Position numbers and translations under genes: made by a program
Shown: piece by piece, positions 25,504-35,222 of the stretch
How the letters are laid out: every line of letters begins with the position of its first letter
How positions within the stretch are numbered: position 1 is the first letter of the stretch
Notes under the pieces: model-generated
Database searches by the model: none
What the model was told of the DNA's origin: nothing
Seen by the model: only the letters and a program-made list of their open reading frames with translations
Source: an uncultured Rikenellaceae bacterium
GTDB taxonomy: Bacteria; Bacteroidota; Bacteroidia; Bacteroidales; VadinHA17
DNA: 64,000 nucleotides
Assembly (NCBI GenBank): GCA_964568875.1
Contig: CAZMSH010000002.1
Span: 96,991-160,990, forward strand
Direction: 5' to 3'

Positions 25504-28068
25504 ATGAGGTATTTCCTGTTTTTCATAACTGCCTTTCTGCTTTTTGCATGTGGCACTGAAGTCAACGAAAGTTTCTACGAACGCGGGGTATCAAAGGATC
25601 TGGCACATTACAGAAAATCTGTCATAAGCAATGTCAGGTATATACTTGACTTCGATATTCCTGCAAGCAGCTCTGACCCTGTTCCGGGAAAGGCTGAAAT
25701 TGAGTTTGAAACAGATCGCCGGCTCAGGCATCCGCTCTTACTGGACTTCAACGTACCAGAGGATCATCTGCACACAGTTGTGGTTAACGGCAATCCGGTT
25801 CCTGCATCGTTAGAAAACGGACATATTTTAATTCCTGCTTCGAATATTCACAGAGGTGCCAACAGTATTGAAATCAACTTCAGAACAGGTGAGCAGTCAC
25901 TGAATCGTAATCCCGATTTCCTCTATACGTTACTGGTGCCTGACCGTGCTTCAACTGCATTTCCCTGTTTTGATCAGCCTGATATAAAAGCCAGGTATGT
26001 GCTTACCCTTGAGGTTCCGGAAAACTATGAAGCGATGTCAAACAGTGCACTGGTGTCTGCTGAAATATCTGATGGATCGAAACGAATGGTCTTTGCTGAA
26101 AGTGAGCCTTTAAGTACATACCTTTTTGCTTTTGCAGCAGGCAAATTTGAAAGAATAGAAAAAGTTATCGACGGAGTGAGAATGGAGATGCTGCACCGCG
26201 AATCGATAAAAGAGAATGTTGAACGTAACGTTGAAGCCATATTCAGACTGCATTATAATTCTATTAAGTGGATGGAGGAATATACCGGAATACCCTATCC
26301 TTTTCAGAAGTTCGGGTTTGTTTTAATTCCCGGCTTTCAGTATGGCGGAATGGAACACCCGGGATCTGTTTTTTACAGGGCATCTTCATTATTCCTTAAG
26401 GAATCTCCTACAATCAACGAACAGATGTCAAGGGCATCACTTATCGCTCATGAAACCTCTCATATATGGTTCGGTGACCTGGTGACGATGAAATGGTTCG
26501 ACGATGTATGGCTTAAGGAGGTGTTTGCCGGTTACATGTCAGATAAAATTGTAAATCCTGATTTCCCTGAAGCCAATCATGAACTCCGTTTTCTTCTTTC
26601 GAGGTTTCCGGCAGCCTATAATGTAGACAGGACAATGGGTAGCAATCCGGTAATCCAGGAGCTTGACAATCTCCTCAACGCAGGCTCTCTGTACGGAGGT
26701 ATAATATATAATAAGGCTCCCATAGTAATGAAGCATCTTGAGAGTATGACCGGTGATTCATTGTTGCGCGAAAGTCTGCGGGTATATCTTAAGCGATTCA
26801 GCTATGACAACGCAGAATGGGATGATCTGATTAACATTCTGGAAGAGATATCAGGAATGTCACTTAAGGAATGGGGTGATGCGTGGATGAGAGAGGCCGG
26901 AAGACCTACCATTGAGGTTATGTCTGAAGAGATTGCCGGCGGCGGAAAACGTATATGGCTGAATGAGACCGATAATGCGGGCTTAGGCAGGACATGGCCT
27001 CAGACTGCAAATAGCCTGGTACTTACTGAAGATAAAAGAATAGCATCTGAATTGGTACCGGGAGACAATTTATCATTTATAGAGACATCTGCGCCTCCGC
27101 GTGCGGTTATTCCGGACACAAGCGGTGTTGCCTATGGCTATTTTAAATTTGATGAGGCTACCACTAAATGGATGCCGGAATCGGTTAACACTGTTTCTGA
27201 TCCTCTGACAAGGGGTGTATTATGGATAAATGCCTGGGAAAACCTGGTCGACGGCAGGCTCGATGCCGTTACTATGTTTGAGGCAGCTCTTAATTCAGCC
27301 CTTCAGGAGAGCAATGAACTTATTCGCAACTACCTTTCAGGCAGGGTCTCATCCATTTTCTGGAACCACCTCGATGAGACAGACAGGAAGCAATCAGGGC
27401 CGGAAAGTGAAAGATTGATCTGGGAAAAGATGGAGAGATGCGGCGATCCCGCTCTTAAAAGGGCATGGTTCAATCTCTTCAGGAGTATTGTTATGTCGTC
27501 AGAGGGAATGGAAAAGCTTTACGATGTGTGGCAGAGAGGTGTTTTGCCCGGCTCCCAGAAACTGAGCGAAGAGGATTTGTCCACTCTTGCCCTTGGACTG
27601 TCATTGAAGCGACACCGGGAGTCAGATTCAATAATCGGCAAACAGCTTTCCGATATTGTAAACACAGACCGCAAACGGTCGTTTGAATTCGTAATACCTT
27701 CCGTATCAAACGATGAAGCAGTGCGTGACAGGTTCTTTGAATCGCTTGCCGATCCCGCCAACAGGGAGAAGGAGCCCTGGGTTCTGGAAGCGCTGGGATA
27801 TCTCCATCATCCCTTACAGTCTCATGCCTCTGTCAGGTACCTTCAGCGATCGCTTGAGATGCTTGAGGAGATTAAGAATACCGGGGATATTTTCTTCCCC
27901 GGCAACTGGATATCAACAACATTATCAGGTCACCGGTCTGCTGAAGCGTGGGATATCGTTAACAGATTTCTTGAGGAAAGGCCTGATTATCCCGAAGACC
28001 TTAAGCTGAAAATACTTCAGGCCTCTGACCATCTTTATCGGCTGCACGGTAAAAAAACAGCAGGCTGA
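25504..28068 (+). CDS. M1-family zinc aminopeptidase
   Basis: 854 aa. It has the exopeptidase motif GGMEHPG (GxMEN-type), the zinc motif HETSHIWFGDLVT (HExxH) and, 18 residues downstream, WLKEVFA (third Glu ligand). Confidence 0.9.
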   Translation: MRYFLFFITAFLLFACGTEVNESFYERGVSKDLAHYRKSVISNVRYILDFDIPASSSDPVPGKAEIEFETDRRLRHPLLLDFNVPEDHLHTVVVNGNPVPASLENGHILIPASNIHRGANSIEINFRTGEQSLNRNPDFLYTLLVPDRASTAFPCFDQPDIKARYVLTLEVPENYEAMSNSALVSAEISDGSKRMVFAESEPLSTYLFAFAAGKFERIEKVIDGVRMEMLHRESIKENVERNVEAIFRLHYNSIKWMEEYTGIPYPFQKFGFVLIPGFQYGGMEHPGSVFYRASSLFLKESPTINEQMSRASLIAHETSHIWFGDLVTMKWFDDVWLKEVFAGYMSDKIVNPDFPEANHELRFLLSRFPAAYNVDRTMGSNPVIQELDNLLNAGSLYGGIIYNKAPIVMKHLESMTGDSLLRESLRVYLKRFSYDNAEWDDLINILEEISGMSLKEWGDAWMREAGRPTIEVMSEEIAGGGKRIWLNETDNAGLGRTWPQTANSLVLTEDKRIASELVPGDNLSFIETSAPPRAVIPDTSGVAYGYFKFDEATTKWMPESVNTVSDPLTRGVLWINAWENLVDGRLDAVTMFEAALNSALQESNELIRNYLSGRVSSIFWNHLDETDRKQSGPESERLIWEKMERCGDPALKRAWFNLFRSIVMSSEGMEKLYDVWQRGVLPGSQKLSEEDLSTLALGLSLKRHRESDSIIGKQLSDIVNTDRKRSFEFVIPSVSNDEAVRDRFFESLADPANREKEPWVLEALGYLHHPLQSHASVRYLQRSLEMLEEIKNTGDIFFPGNWISTTLSGHRSAEAWDIVNRFLEERPDYPEDLKLKILQASDHLYRLHGKKTAG

Positions 28069-28085
28069 AAAAAATTCCAGCCTGC
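28051..28085 (-). terminator. Putative terminator between the convergent M1 and S9 peptidase genes
   Basis: 8-bp GC-rich stem GCAGGCTG (28060-28067) / CAGCCTGC (28078-28085) with a 10-nt loop. On the minus strand it is followed by TGTTTTTTT (complement of 28051-28059). Confidence 0.5.
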
Positions 28086-28114
28086 CATGTCTCTTCAGTA
28101 TCTGTTTCAGGTTA

Positions 28115-30955
28115 CTATCTAACGAGTTCGTAACCCTGGTCTTTCCCTTTCTGAATTGCCGGAACACCGTTTTTCATCCATGATGGCATCGGATCTCCTT
28201 TCAGATAGTGATCAAAGAACTGCATCTTTCTGATTGACAGATCCATTCTTGCCGGTCTTCTAACCAGGTTATGATCTTCATTATTGTAGGTAAGCATCCA
28301 TGCCGGCTTATCGAGCCTGCGCAGTGCCACGAAGAATTCGATTCCCTGATACCATGGAACAGCACCATCTTCGTCATTATGCATGATCAATAATGGAGTA
28401 TTTATCTTCGGCACAAAGAATATAGGTGAATTCTCGATAAAATGGATCGGTTTCTCCCACAAAGTGCCTCCTATCCTGCTTTGGGTATTCTCATACTGGA
28501 ACATTCTGCTCATTCCTGTTCCCCACCGTATTCCACCGTATGCACTGACCATATTACTAACGGGAGCGCCTGAAAATGCGGCTGCGAACAAGTCAGTCTG
28601 CGTTACCAGCCAGGCAATCTGATAGCCGCCCCAACTCTGGCCGTCAAGGCCCAACCTGTCTTTGTCAATAAAACTGAACCTGTTAAGAAGAGCGTACGTG
28701 CCGCTTACCACAGCATTATAACAGCTCTGGCCCGGGTATCCCTCTACATATGGAATATCAGGAACAAACACCAGATATCCGTTACTAACTGCGTAAGTGC
28801 GGTTAACGGTAGAAGCGCTGGGCGCAGGTGAACTGTAACTATGAAGACCGTCAGAGCTTCTTTCATAGAAATAGACTATCATGGGATACTTTTTGGCCGG
28901 ATCGAAATTCTCAGGCTTATAGAGTATTCCCTGAAGGGTGCTGCGATCGAATGATGTCCACTCCACCAACTCGGCTGTGCCCCAGTTGAATTCTGACTGC
29001 TGTGGGTTAGTTGTTGAAATCCTGGTTATGCCCCCAAACTTCATGTCACTGACATGTAACTCAGGATAGTTGACATAAGTGCCTCTGGTAAACATAAACC
29101 TGTCAGCATCTTTAGGCTTGCTAAGACCACCGAATGAACAGTCTCCCATAATCAGTCTGGAAGGATTGCCTGTGCGGTTCATTGCCATTGTGTAAAATCC
29201 TGACTGCTTGTTTCCAAAATTAAACGCACTGAGATACATAGTTTCGCGGCGACCTATAAATCTCTCTTCCCTGTCGAGATTGACATACCTGAATCTCATA
29301 TTATTATTACGTCCTGCCCCTCCAGTAATGTTTACAGGTTTATCACTGCCCTCCACATCAATCATCCATATATCATGCCTGTCATAAACGAGCACGAATC
29401 TCTCGCCCTCAAGCCAACCGGCAATACCATGCGGCCTGGGCTCATCAGGAGTATCATGCAGCTCGTTGTAGAAACTTACTATATCGTTGTTGGTCAATAC
29501 CTTAACGTCACCACCTATTGATGGCATAGCCTTCCACGACCTGTCATTTATACACCAGAAAAGAAGATGCTTACCCGTGGGCGATAACTGAATGCTTCCT
29601 GCATTCTTTTCGAGCAGTAATCGCCTTTCGCCGGTTTCGACATTTACATAATAGTAATCTGAAAAGCTTGTTGAACTCCATGAGGACTCACGCCTGTACT
29701 TACTATTGGAGGAACCAAGGGCCATATCGCCGTTGCCGTTATCGGTCAGCCTTACCGAGGTCATCTGTTCATCAGCAAGCTGTATCATTACATTTTTATC
29801 GGTATGGTAGACTGCCTGGTAGTTACGTCTCTGATCGCTCTGCAGCTGTCTTTTTTGCATTGGCTGCAACCTGTCATCATGCCATGACCATACGTCCACA
29901 CTGAATTTTTCCTCTGCCAGCAATGTATCTGCCGGTTCTTCAACCGGTTTCTGCGCTGTTCCGAAAAAGAGCCTGGTATTGTCGTCTGACCATGAGAAAC
30001 TGCTGTTTTCACTCAGACACCATCCTTCTGGCATGCCCGCCGTGGTTGATTCTACAATCTTTCTCGCCGGAGCCATTTTTTCTGACAGCCAGAGATCATA
30101 TATTTTCACCTTTCCGGTGTCAGCCGTAAACATAAATGCCATCTGATCACCAACGTTATTGGAACTGATGCGCCTTGCTGTTCCACGGCCCTCAAATACC
30201 GTTGTAAAGGTCTCTTTTTTTGTGTCAAACATTTTGATGGTGAAGTTATCGATCTTGGTTGTATCGACCTTAACCTGCAAAACAGTAATAGACAGGCCAT
30301 CACGCGCAACGTCATACTCAAGAACATTATCAAGACGATGCTCCTTACCGCTTACCGGATTGAGAATTACCAGTTCCGTTCCCTTTTGCTCAGGCTCTCT
30401 TGAACGCTGATTCTGTGCCGGCCTCTGCTGCTGTTCTTCCTTCTGCTCGCCGGCAGCCTCCTTGTTATCGCGTTCCGGCGATTTCTCAGGGAGCTTCTTT
30501 TCGAGCAGGTATGCCATCCATTCAGAGTCCTTTTGAGGAACCGAGAACGAACGAACCCTTTCAACCACAACAGTGTTACCCGCTGGCAACAATCTTATGC
30601 CAAGAGCATTCTTTGGCATGTTGTCATCGCGTACCTTCTTTACCTTTGCCACTCTCACCTCATCAGTTCCGGGCCTTATGGTATAAGCCATATATCTGCC
30701 TGCCGGTGAAATTCTTGCTCCTGTACCACGCTCAATGGAGTCGAGTTTTGATGTGGCATTGTCGTAAAGATAAAGCCATCCGTCACCTTTCTGGGGATTA
30801 ATACCATAGGTAACCCATTTACCGTCATCGGTAATCGAGCTGCCTGAAATACTCTTCCAGGAATCATAGTCTGTGTGTTGAATAGGCTTTTTCTGCCCCT
30901 GCAGCAGCGATACCGCAAGGATCAATGTTGTGAAAATCAGTAAAATTCTCTTCAT
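28115..30955 (-). CDS. S9-family (prolyl oligopeptidase/dipeptidyl peptidase type) serine peptidase with N-terminal beta-propeller
   Basis: Nucleophile elbow GQSWGGY, Asp context HNDEDGAVPW and His context NEDHNL. I chose the start at MKRILLIFTTLILAVSLLQG (30955), which gives a signal peptide; the ORF track extends to 31015. Confidence 0.9.
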   Translation of the reverse strand: MKRILLIFTTLILAVSLLQGQKKPIQHTDYDSWKSISGSSITDDGKWVTYGINPQKGDGWLYLYDNATSKLDSIERGTGARISPAGRYMAYTIRPGTDEVRVAKVKKVRDDNMPKNALGIRLLPAGNTVVVERVRSFSVPQKDSEWMAYLLEKKLPEKSPERDNKEAAGEQKEEQQQRPAQNQRSREPEQKGTELVILNPVSGKEHRLDNVLEYDVARDGLSITVLQVKVDTTKIDNFTIKMFDTKKETFTTVFEGRGTARRISSNNVGDQMAFMFTADTGKVKIYDLWLSEKMAPARKIVESTTAGMPEGWCLSENSSFSWSDDNTRLFFGTAQKPVEEPADTLLAEEKFSVDVWSWHDDRLQPMQKRQLQSDQRRNYQAVYHTDKNVMIQLADEQMTSVRLTDNGNGDMALGSSNSKYRRESSWSSTSFSDYYYVNVETGERRLLLEKNAGSIQLSPTGKHLLFWCINDRSWKAMPSIGGDVKVLTNNDIVSFYNELHDTPDEPRPHGIAGWLEGERFVLVYDRHDIWMIDVEGSDKPVNITGGAGRNNNMRFRYVNLDREERFIGRRETMYLSAFNFGNKQSGFYTMAMNRTGNPSRLIMGDCSFGGLSKPKDADRFMFTRGTYVNYPELHVSDMKFGGITRISTTNPQQSEFNWGTAELVEWTSFDRSTLQGILYKPENFDPAKKYPMIVYFYERSSDGLHSYSSPAPSASTVNRTYAVSNGYLVFVPDIPYVEGYPGQSCYNAVVSGTYALLNRFSFIDKDRLGLDGQSWGGYQIAWLVTQTDLFAAAFSGAPVSNMVSAYGGIRWGTGMSRMFQYENTQSRIGGTLWEKPIHFIENSPIFFVPKINTPLLIMHNDEDGAVPWYQGIEFFVALRRLDKPAWMLTYNNEDHNLVRRPARMDLSIRKMQFFDHYLKGDPMPSWMKNGVPAIQKGKDQGYELVR

Positions 30956-31081
30956 TGGTCTCTCTTTTTTTTGTTTATGGCTAAAACTAAGCAAAAGTTC
31001 ACTGCCACCCGTCATTATTTTATATGTTGTTAATCAGTAAATTTGAAATCTCTTTGTTAATCTCATTATAATCCTTCTGCT

Positions 31082-32254
31082 ATGGTAATAACAGGTCTTG
31101 AAAAATTTGCAGCCAGAGTCCCTGACAAACTAAAGAAGAAGAGGCTTGGAGTATTGTGCCATGCGCCAAGTATAACCAGAGATTTCAGGCATATTACTGA
31201 TATTATTGCCAAATCTGATGAGTGTTCGCTCGGAGCCGTCTTCGGTCCTCAGCACGGACTTTTTGGTGAAACACAAGACAATATGATAGAATGGGAAGGA
31301 TATGTGGATAAGAGACTTAATGTACCTGTTTACAGCCTGTACGGATTGCACCGCAAGCCTACGGCAGATATGCTTTCCACTATTGACGCCCTCGTTGTTG
31401 ATATCCAGGATGCCGGAGCCAGGCTTTATACATATATATGGACCGTCAAGCATTGCATGGAGGCCTGCACCGAAGCCGGAATTCCGGTATGGGTGCTTGA
31501 CAGACCCAATCCTGTAGGTCTTCTGGGCTGCGACGGCCCTGTCCTGAAAGAAGAGTACTACACATTCGTAGGAGGTGCGTCAATCCCATTATGCCATTCC
31601 ATGACCCCGGCAGAGATGGCTGTATGGATTAAAGAGAAACATATTCCTGATTGTGATCTTCATGTCATAGGAATGGACAACTGGCGTAGAAATTCACTGT
31701 ACAGTGACACAGGGTTGCCCTGGGTGCTGCCCTCGCCTAACCTTCCAACGCTCAGTTCAGCTGTTGTATACTCCGGCATGGTACTAATGGAAGCCCTTAA
31801 TTTATCTGAGGGCCGCGGTACCACAACTCCATTTGAGCTTTTCGGTGCTCCGTGGCTGAATGCCGGGCTGCTGGTAACCGAACTACACAGTGCAAAACTG
31901 CCGGGCTGCGCTTTCAGGGTTCACAATTATATACCCACCTTTAACAAGTATGCCAACGAACTTTGCGGGGGAGTACAGATACACATCACAGACCCGGCTT
32001 TATACAAGCCGGTACAAACGGCATTGCATATTCTTGATGCAGTGATAAGAATTACCGGTCCCGGGGTGATGAAGTTCAATCCCCCGCCTTATGAATACGA
32101 GGAAATTCTAATGCCTTTCGACATCCTCTCAGGCGACAACAAGATGAGGATACATCTTGAAAACCGGGCTCCTGTCAAAACCGAAACCGAAAGATGGAAT
32201 GATGAGATATCATTTTTCCTGCAGGAATTCAGAAGTATTCAGCTGTATAAATAA
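31082..32254 (+). CDS. DUF1343 family protein (exo-beta-N-acetylmuramidase NamZ-like)
   Basis: 390 aa. The pattern GVLCHAPSI...FGPQHG...VPVYSLYG...DALVVDIQDAGARLYTYIWT matches my recollection of DUF1343/YzbB-NamZ proteins. Assigned by motif recollection only. Confidence 0.75.
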   Translation: MVITGLEKFAARVPDKLKKKRLGVLCHAPSITRDFRHITDIIAKSDECSLGAVFGPQHGLFGETQDNMIEWEGYVDKRLNVPVYSLYGLHRKPTADMLSTIDALVVDIQDAGARLYTYIWTVKHCMEACTEAGIPVWVLDRPNPVGLLGCDGPVLKEEYYTFVGGASIPLCHSMTPAEMAVWIKEKHIPDCDLHVIGMDNWRRNSLYSDTGLPWVLPSPNLPTLSSAVVYSGMVLMEALNLSEGRGTTTPFELFGAPWLNAGLLVTELHSAKLPGCAFRVHNYIPTFNKYANELCGGVQIHITDPALYKPVQTALHILDAVIRITGPGVMKFNPPPYEYEEILMPFDILSGDNKMRIHLENRAPVKTETERWNDEISFFLQEFRSIQLYK

Positions 32255-32285
32255 ACTCTCAGGAATCGGGCAAATCAGATCGCCA

Positions 32286-32669
32286 CTATTCGAACAGTCC
32301 CTGATCACGCATCAGTAGCAGTATTGCCGATTGCGATACAACCACAAGCTTTTCCTTATTGAATTCTATTTCCACTGAGCTGCCCTGCATATAGAGGGCC
32401 AGGTCTCCCTCTTTAGGCTGCAGTGGTATATATCTCGGCTCGTTGCCTGAAGGTTTCCATTTCTCATCGGGATCAGCTGCATCAGGCACCGGATAGCCGG
32501 GACCTACTTTAATGACATACCCTGCCTGCACCTTGTCGTTTTCCTGCACTCCCGGGGGAAGGTACAGACCGCTTTTTGTCCTTGACTGGGGAACCCTCGG
32601 CTTTATCAAAACCCTGTCGCCCACTACTATCAGCTTATCGAGATCTTTTACATCAAGATTTATTGCCAT
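32286..32669 (-). CDS. GroES/Cpn10-fold protein (orphan, with insertion)
   Basis: From M34 of the ORF: LIVVGDRVLIKP...TKSGLYLP...GYVIKVGPG...EGDLALY...LVVVSQSAILLL follows the Cpn10 pattern (GDRVLVK..TKGGI.LP..G.V.AVGPG..GD.V.F...IL). No groEL is adjacent. Confidence 0.6.
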   Translation of the reverse strand: MAINLDVKDLDKLIVVGDRVLIKPRVPQSRTKSGLYLPPGVQENDKVQAGYVIKVGPGYPVPDAADPDEKWKPSGNEPRYIPLQPKEGDLALYMQGSSVEIEFNKEKLVVVSQSAILLLMRDQGLFE

Positions 32670-32774
32670 GGTCTGTAACTGCTTTCCGTTTGAACTGCAA
32701 TATAGTTTAAACTTTGCTTTTTTTAGCCCCATATTTATTTTCTTTGTTGCACCGTTTGGAAATAGCATTTAATA

Positions 32775-33557
32775 ATGAATCTGAAGTTTATACTGGTGGA
32801 ACCAAAGGTGCCGGAGAACATTGGCAGTGCAGCCAGAGCCCTCAAGGTAACGGGTGCCGGCAGCCTTGTGCTGGTAAATCCCCTTTGTCAGCTTTCAGGC
32901 AAAGCCCTGTGGGTGGCTCACGGATCAGAGGAGATCGTCACCGGCGCGCCTCGGTTTGGTTCTCTTGAAGAGGCCCTCAGAGGGAGTGACTTTTCGGTTG
33001 CCACCACGGCCAGGGCGCGCAGTGTAAAATGTGATCCCGTCGGCATTCACGGGCTGAATGCCTTCCTGAGAGATAAAAGATCTGCTGATGAGACCGTTGC
33101 AATTGTTTTTGGCAGGGAAGAATCGGGTCTTACAAACAAGGAGATATCACTATGCGATATATCGAGTTTTATTCCGATGGCAGTACAGTTTCCCTCACTG
33201 AATCTTGCACAGGCGGTTTTGATTTACGCTTATGAACTCTCAGCATCTGCAAAAGCCCCCGGTTCCCGAAAAATAAAGAAAGAACCAGGCAGGGATAGCA
33301 GTGAGGCGCCGCTGCATATTCTGAAGGAAAAAGCCGCTGCAGTTCTGCGGAATATTGAGATACCCGAAAATGACGCCCGGTACGGGAGAATAATGGAAAG
33401 GCTCGGGCACCTCTCCCCTGCCGACCAGCGGCTGATGCTTACCGTCTCTGGAAAACTGCTGACAAAGTGTGTTGAAGGTGAAGTGCAGAGTGGCGCAGAT
33501 TGTGGCTCTGAAGGGGCGAAAACACCGGAGGATGGGAGCAAAACTGAAAACAGCTGA
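32775..33557 (+). CDS. SpoU/TrmH-class RNA 2'-O-methyltransferase (TrmJ-like)
   Basis: 260 aa. The N-terminus FILVEPKVPENIGSAARALKVTG is followed by IVFGREESGLTNKE and SLNLAQAVLIYAYEL (SPOUT knot motifs). Confidence 0.8.
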   Translation: MNLKFILVEPKVPENIGSAARALKVTGAGSLVLVNPLCQLSGKALWVAHGSEEIVTGAPRFGSLEEALRGSDFSVATTARARSVKCDPVGIHGLNAFLRDKRSADETVAIVFGREESGLTNKEISLCDISSFIPMAVQFPSLNLAQAVLIYAYELSASAKAPGSRKIKKEPGRDSSEAPLHILKEKAAAVLRNIEIPENDARYGRIMERLGHLSPADQRLMLTVSGKLLTKCVEGEVQSGADCGSEGAKTPEDGSKTENS

Positions 33558-33559
33558 CC

Positions 33560-34429
33560 ATGATATACCTTATCCTCTGTATACTCTCATCAACATTGAT
33601 CCTGGTTGTCTTCAGGACCATGAACAGACTGAATATCAGGACTCTTGACGCGATTGTGATCAATTACTTTGCTGCGTCGGCGTTAGGACTTCTTACGGGG
33701 CGGTCAGCAGGGTTTACGCCCTTTGATCATGACTGGTTTATTATGTCATTGATAATCGGGTTCCTTTTTGTGTTTATGTTCAATGTGATAGGCTACTCGG
33801 CGAGAGTGGCAGGTGTTACAATAACATCACTTACTACAAAGCTGTCTGTAGTTGTACCAGTATTGTTCAGTATTCTGATGTTCGGCGAAAGTGTTTCATT
33901 TCTAAAGGTTTCGGGAATGATACTGGCGCTGGCGGCAATTGTGATGATAGTCTACAGGCCGCGTAAACCCGGAGAGAGCAGTACTGATCTAAAAAGACTT
34001 ATCTGGCTTCCGGTGATCCTTTTTTTCGGAGCCGGGTTTATTGACTCTCTTATTAAATATGCTCAGGAGATTTATGTTCCCCGGGAGGAGATCCTTGCCT
34101 TTTCAACAACGACATTTATGGTAGCCGCTATAACGAGTATCGTTTTCAGGCTTGCGTCGAAGCCTGGTCACGAGGAAAACAAGTGGCACAGGCTTGTGGC
34201 CGGAGGCATCTCGCTTGGCGTTGTAAACTTCGGATCTCTATATTTTCTGGTGATGGCGTTTGAATCAGAGCGGTTTGACAGCTCCGTTGTTTTTGGCATA
34301 AATAATATAGGTATCGTAATGCTGTCGGTACTGGCGGGGATGTTTCTTTTCGGGGAAAGAACCACAGTACTTAACAAGGCGGGTATTCTGCTCGCTATTA
34401 TATCAATAATGATTCTCTTCTACTCATGA
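33560..34429 (+). CDS. DMT/EamA-like polytopic membrane protein
   Basis: 289 aa with about 10 predicted hydrophobic helices in two halves. No diagnostic motif beyond the topology. Confidence 0.55.
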   Translation: MIYLILCILSSTLILVVFRTMNRLNIRTLDAIVINYFAASALGLLTGRSAGFTPFDHDWFIMSLIIGFLFVFMFNVIGYSARVAGVTITSLTTKLSVVVPVLFSILMFGESVSFLKVSGMILALAAIVMIVYRPRKPGESSTDLKRLIWLPVILFFGAGFIDSLIKYAQEIYVPREEILAFSTTTFMVAAITSIVFRLASKPGHEENKWHRLVAGGISLGVVNFGSLYFLVMAFESERFDSSVVFGINNIGIVMLSVLAGMFLFGERTTVLNKAGILLAIISIMILFYS

Positions 34430-35049
34430 CTCAGGACACTGATGGATACAAAACAATAAAAGGCGAATCACAAGGCCTGTACAGGGAAAAAGGATCGAAA
34501 TTCATAGCTATGGCCTTCCCTGTAAAAGAGACTGATCAGGTCAGGGAGATAACAGACAGGTTGCGAAAAGAGTACCACGATGCAAGACATCACTGCTATG
34601 CCTATATGCTGGGAGCAGACCGGAATACCTGGAGAGTGAATGATGACGGTGAGCCTTCAGGAACAGCCGGAAGACCTATACTCGGGCAGATTAACTCAAG
34701 TGAACTTACAGATATTCTGATAGTGGTGATAAGATACTTTGGCGGAACCCTGCTGGGTGTAAGCGGATTGATAACTGCCTACCGCACCGCTGCTGCCGAT
34801 GCTATTGCAAACGCGGAAATAGTATCACGAAAAGTAACCTGCTCTATAGCAATCGGTTTTCCATATATTGCACTCAACGATGTCATGAAGCTTGTTAAGG
34901 AAAATCACGAGATTGAGCAGACAGGTCAGAGTTTTGACAATATATGTTCTGTAACTCTTTCCCTGCCGATCTCGCTCAGAAAAACAGTCATTTCCAAACT
35001 TCAGAAAATCAACGGCATAACAATATCAGGAGTGGTCGAGGACAAATAA
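34426..35049 (+). CDS. YigZ / IMPACT-family (UPF0029) protein
   Basis: 207 aa. Contains KGSKFIA, ARHHCYAY, DDGEPSGTAGRPIL and VVIRYFGGTLLG. Confidence 0.85.
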   Translation: MTQDTDGYKTIKGESQGLYREKGSKFIAMAFPVKETDQVREITDRLRKEYHDARHHCYAYMLGADRNTWRVNDDGEPSGTAGRPILGQINSSELTDILIVVIRYFGGTLLGVSGLITAYRTAAADAIANAEIVSRKVTCSIAIGFPYIALNDVMKLVKENHEIEQTGQSFDNICSVTLSLPISLRKTVISKLQKINGITISGVVEDK

Positions 35050-35110
35050 AGTTACAACCACACAACTCACTTGCGAGACCCGATTGTCACTACTTTCTGC
35101 TTTATTCCTC

Positions 35111-35157
35111 TATCAACAAACTGATGAACTTCCAAATATTATCAACATTTATCAACA
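35111..35157. repeat. Three direct copies of TATCAACA upstream of pyrBI
   Basis: Copies at 35111-35118, 35140-35147 and 35150-35157. The last two are exactly 10 bp apart, 66-83 nt upstream of the pyrB ATG. Confidence 0.6.
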
Positions 35158-35184
35158 ATTACCTTTCATCTTTCCATTCTGTAT

Positions 35185-35192
35185 TATTTTTG
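35185..35192 (+). promoter_or_regulatory. Candidate -7 promoter box (TAnnTTTG) for pyrBI
   Basis: TATTTTTG lies 31 nt upstream of the pyrB ATG at 35223. Confidence 0.3.
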
Positions 35193-35222
35193 CCGGGTAG
35201 TGTTAACAAAAAAAATGTTTGA

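Noticed and set aside
22478-31015. Cluster of secreted hydrolases (alkaline phosphatase, 5'-nucleotidase, M1 and S9 peptidases), considered as a possible dedicated nutrient-acquisition island
   Set aside because: The genes are on different strands in separate units. There is no SusC/SusD pair, regulator or compositional anomaly. This is ordinary scavenging functions for this phylum.
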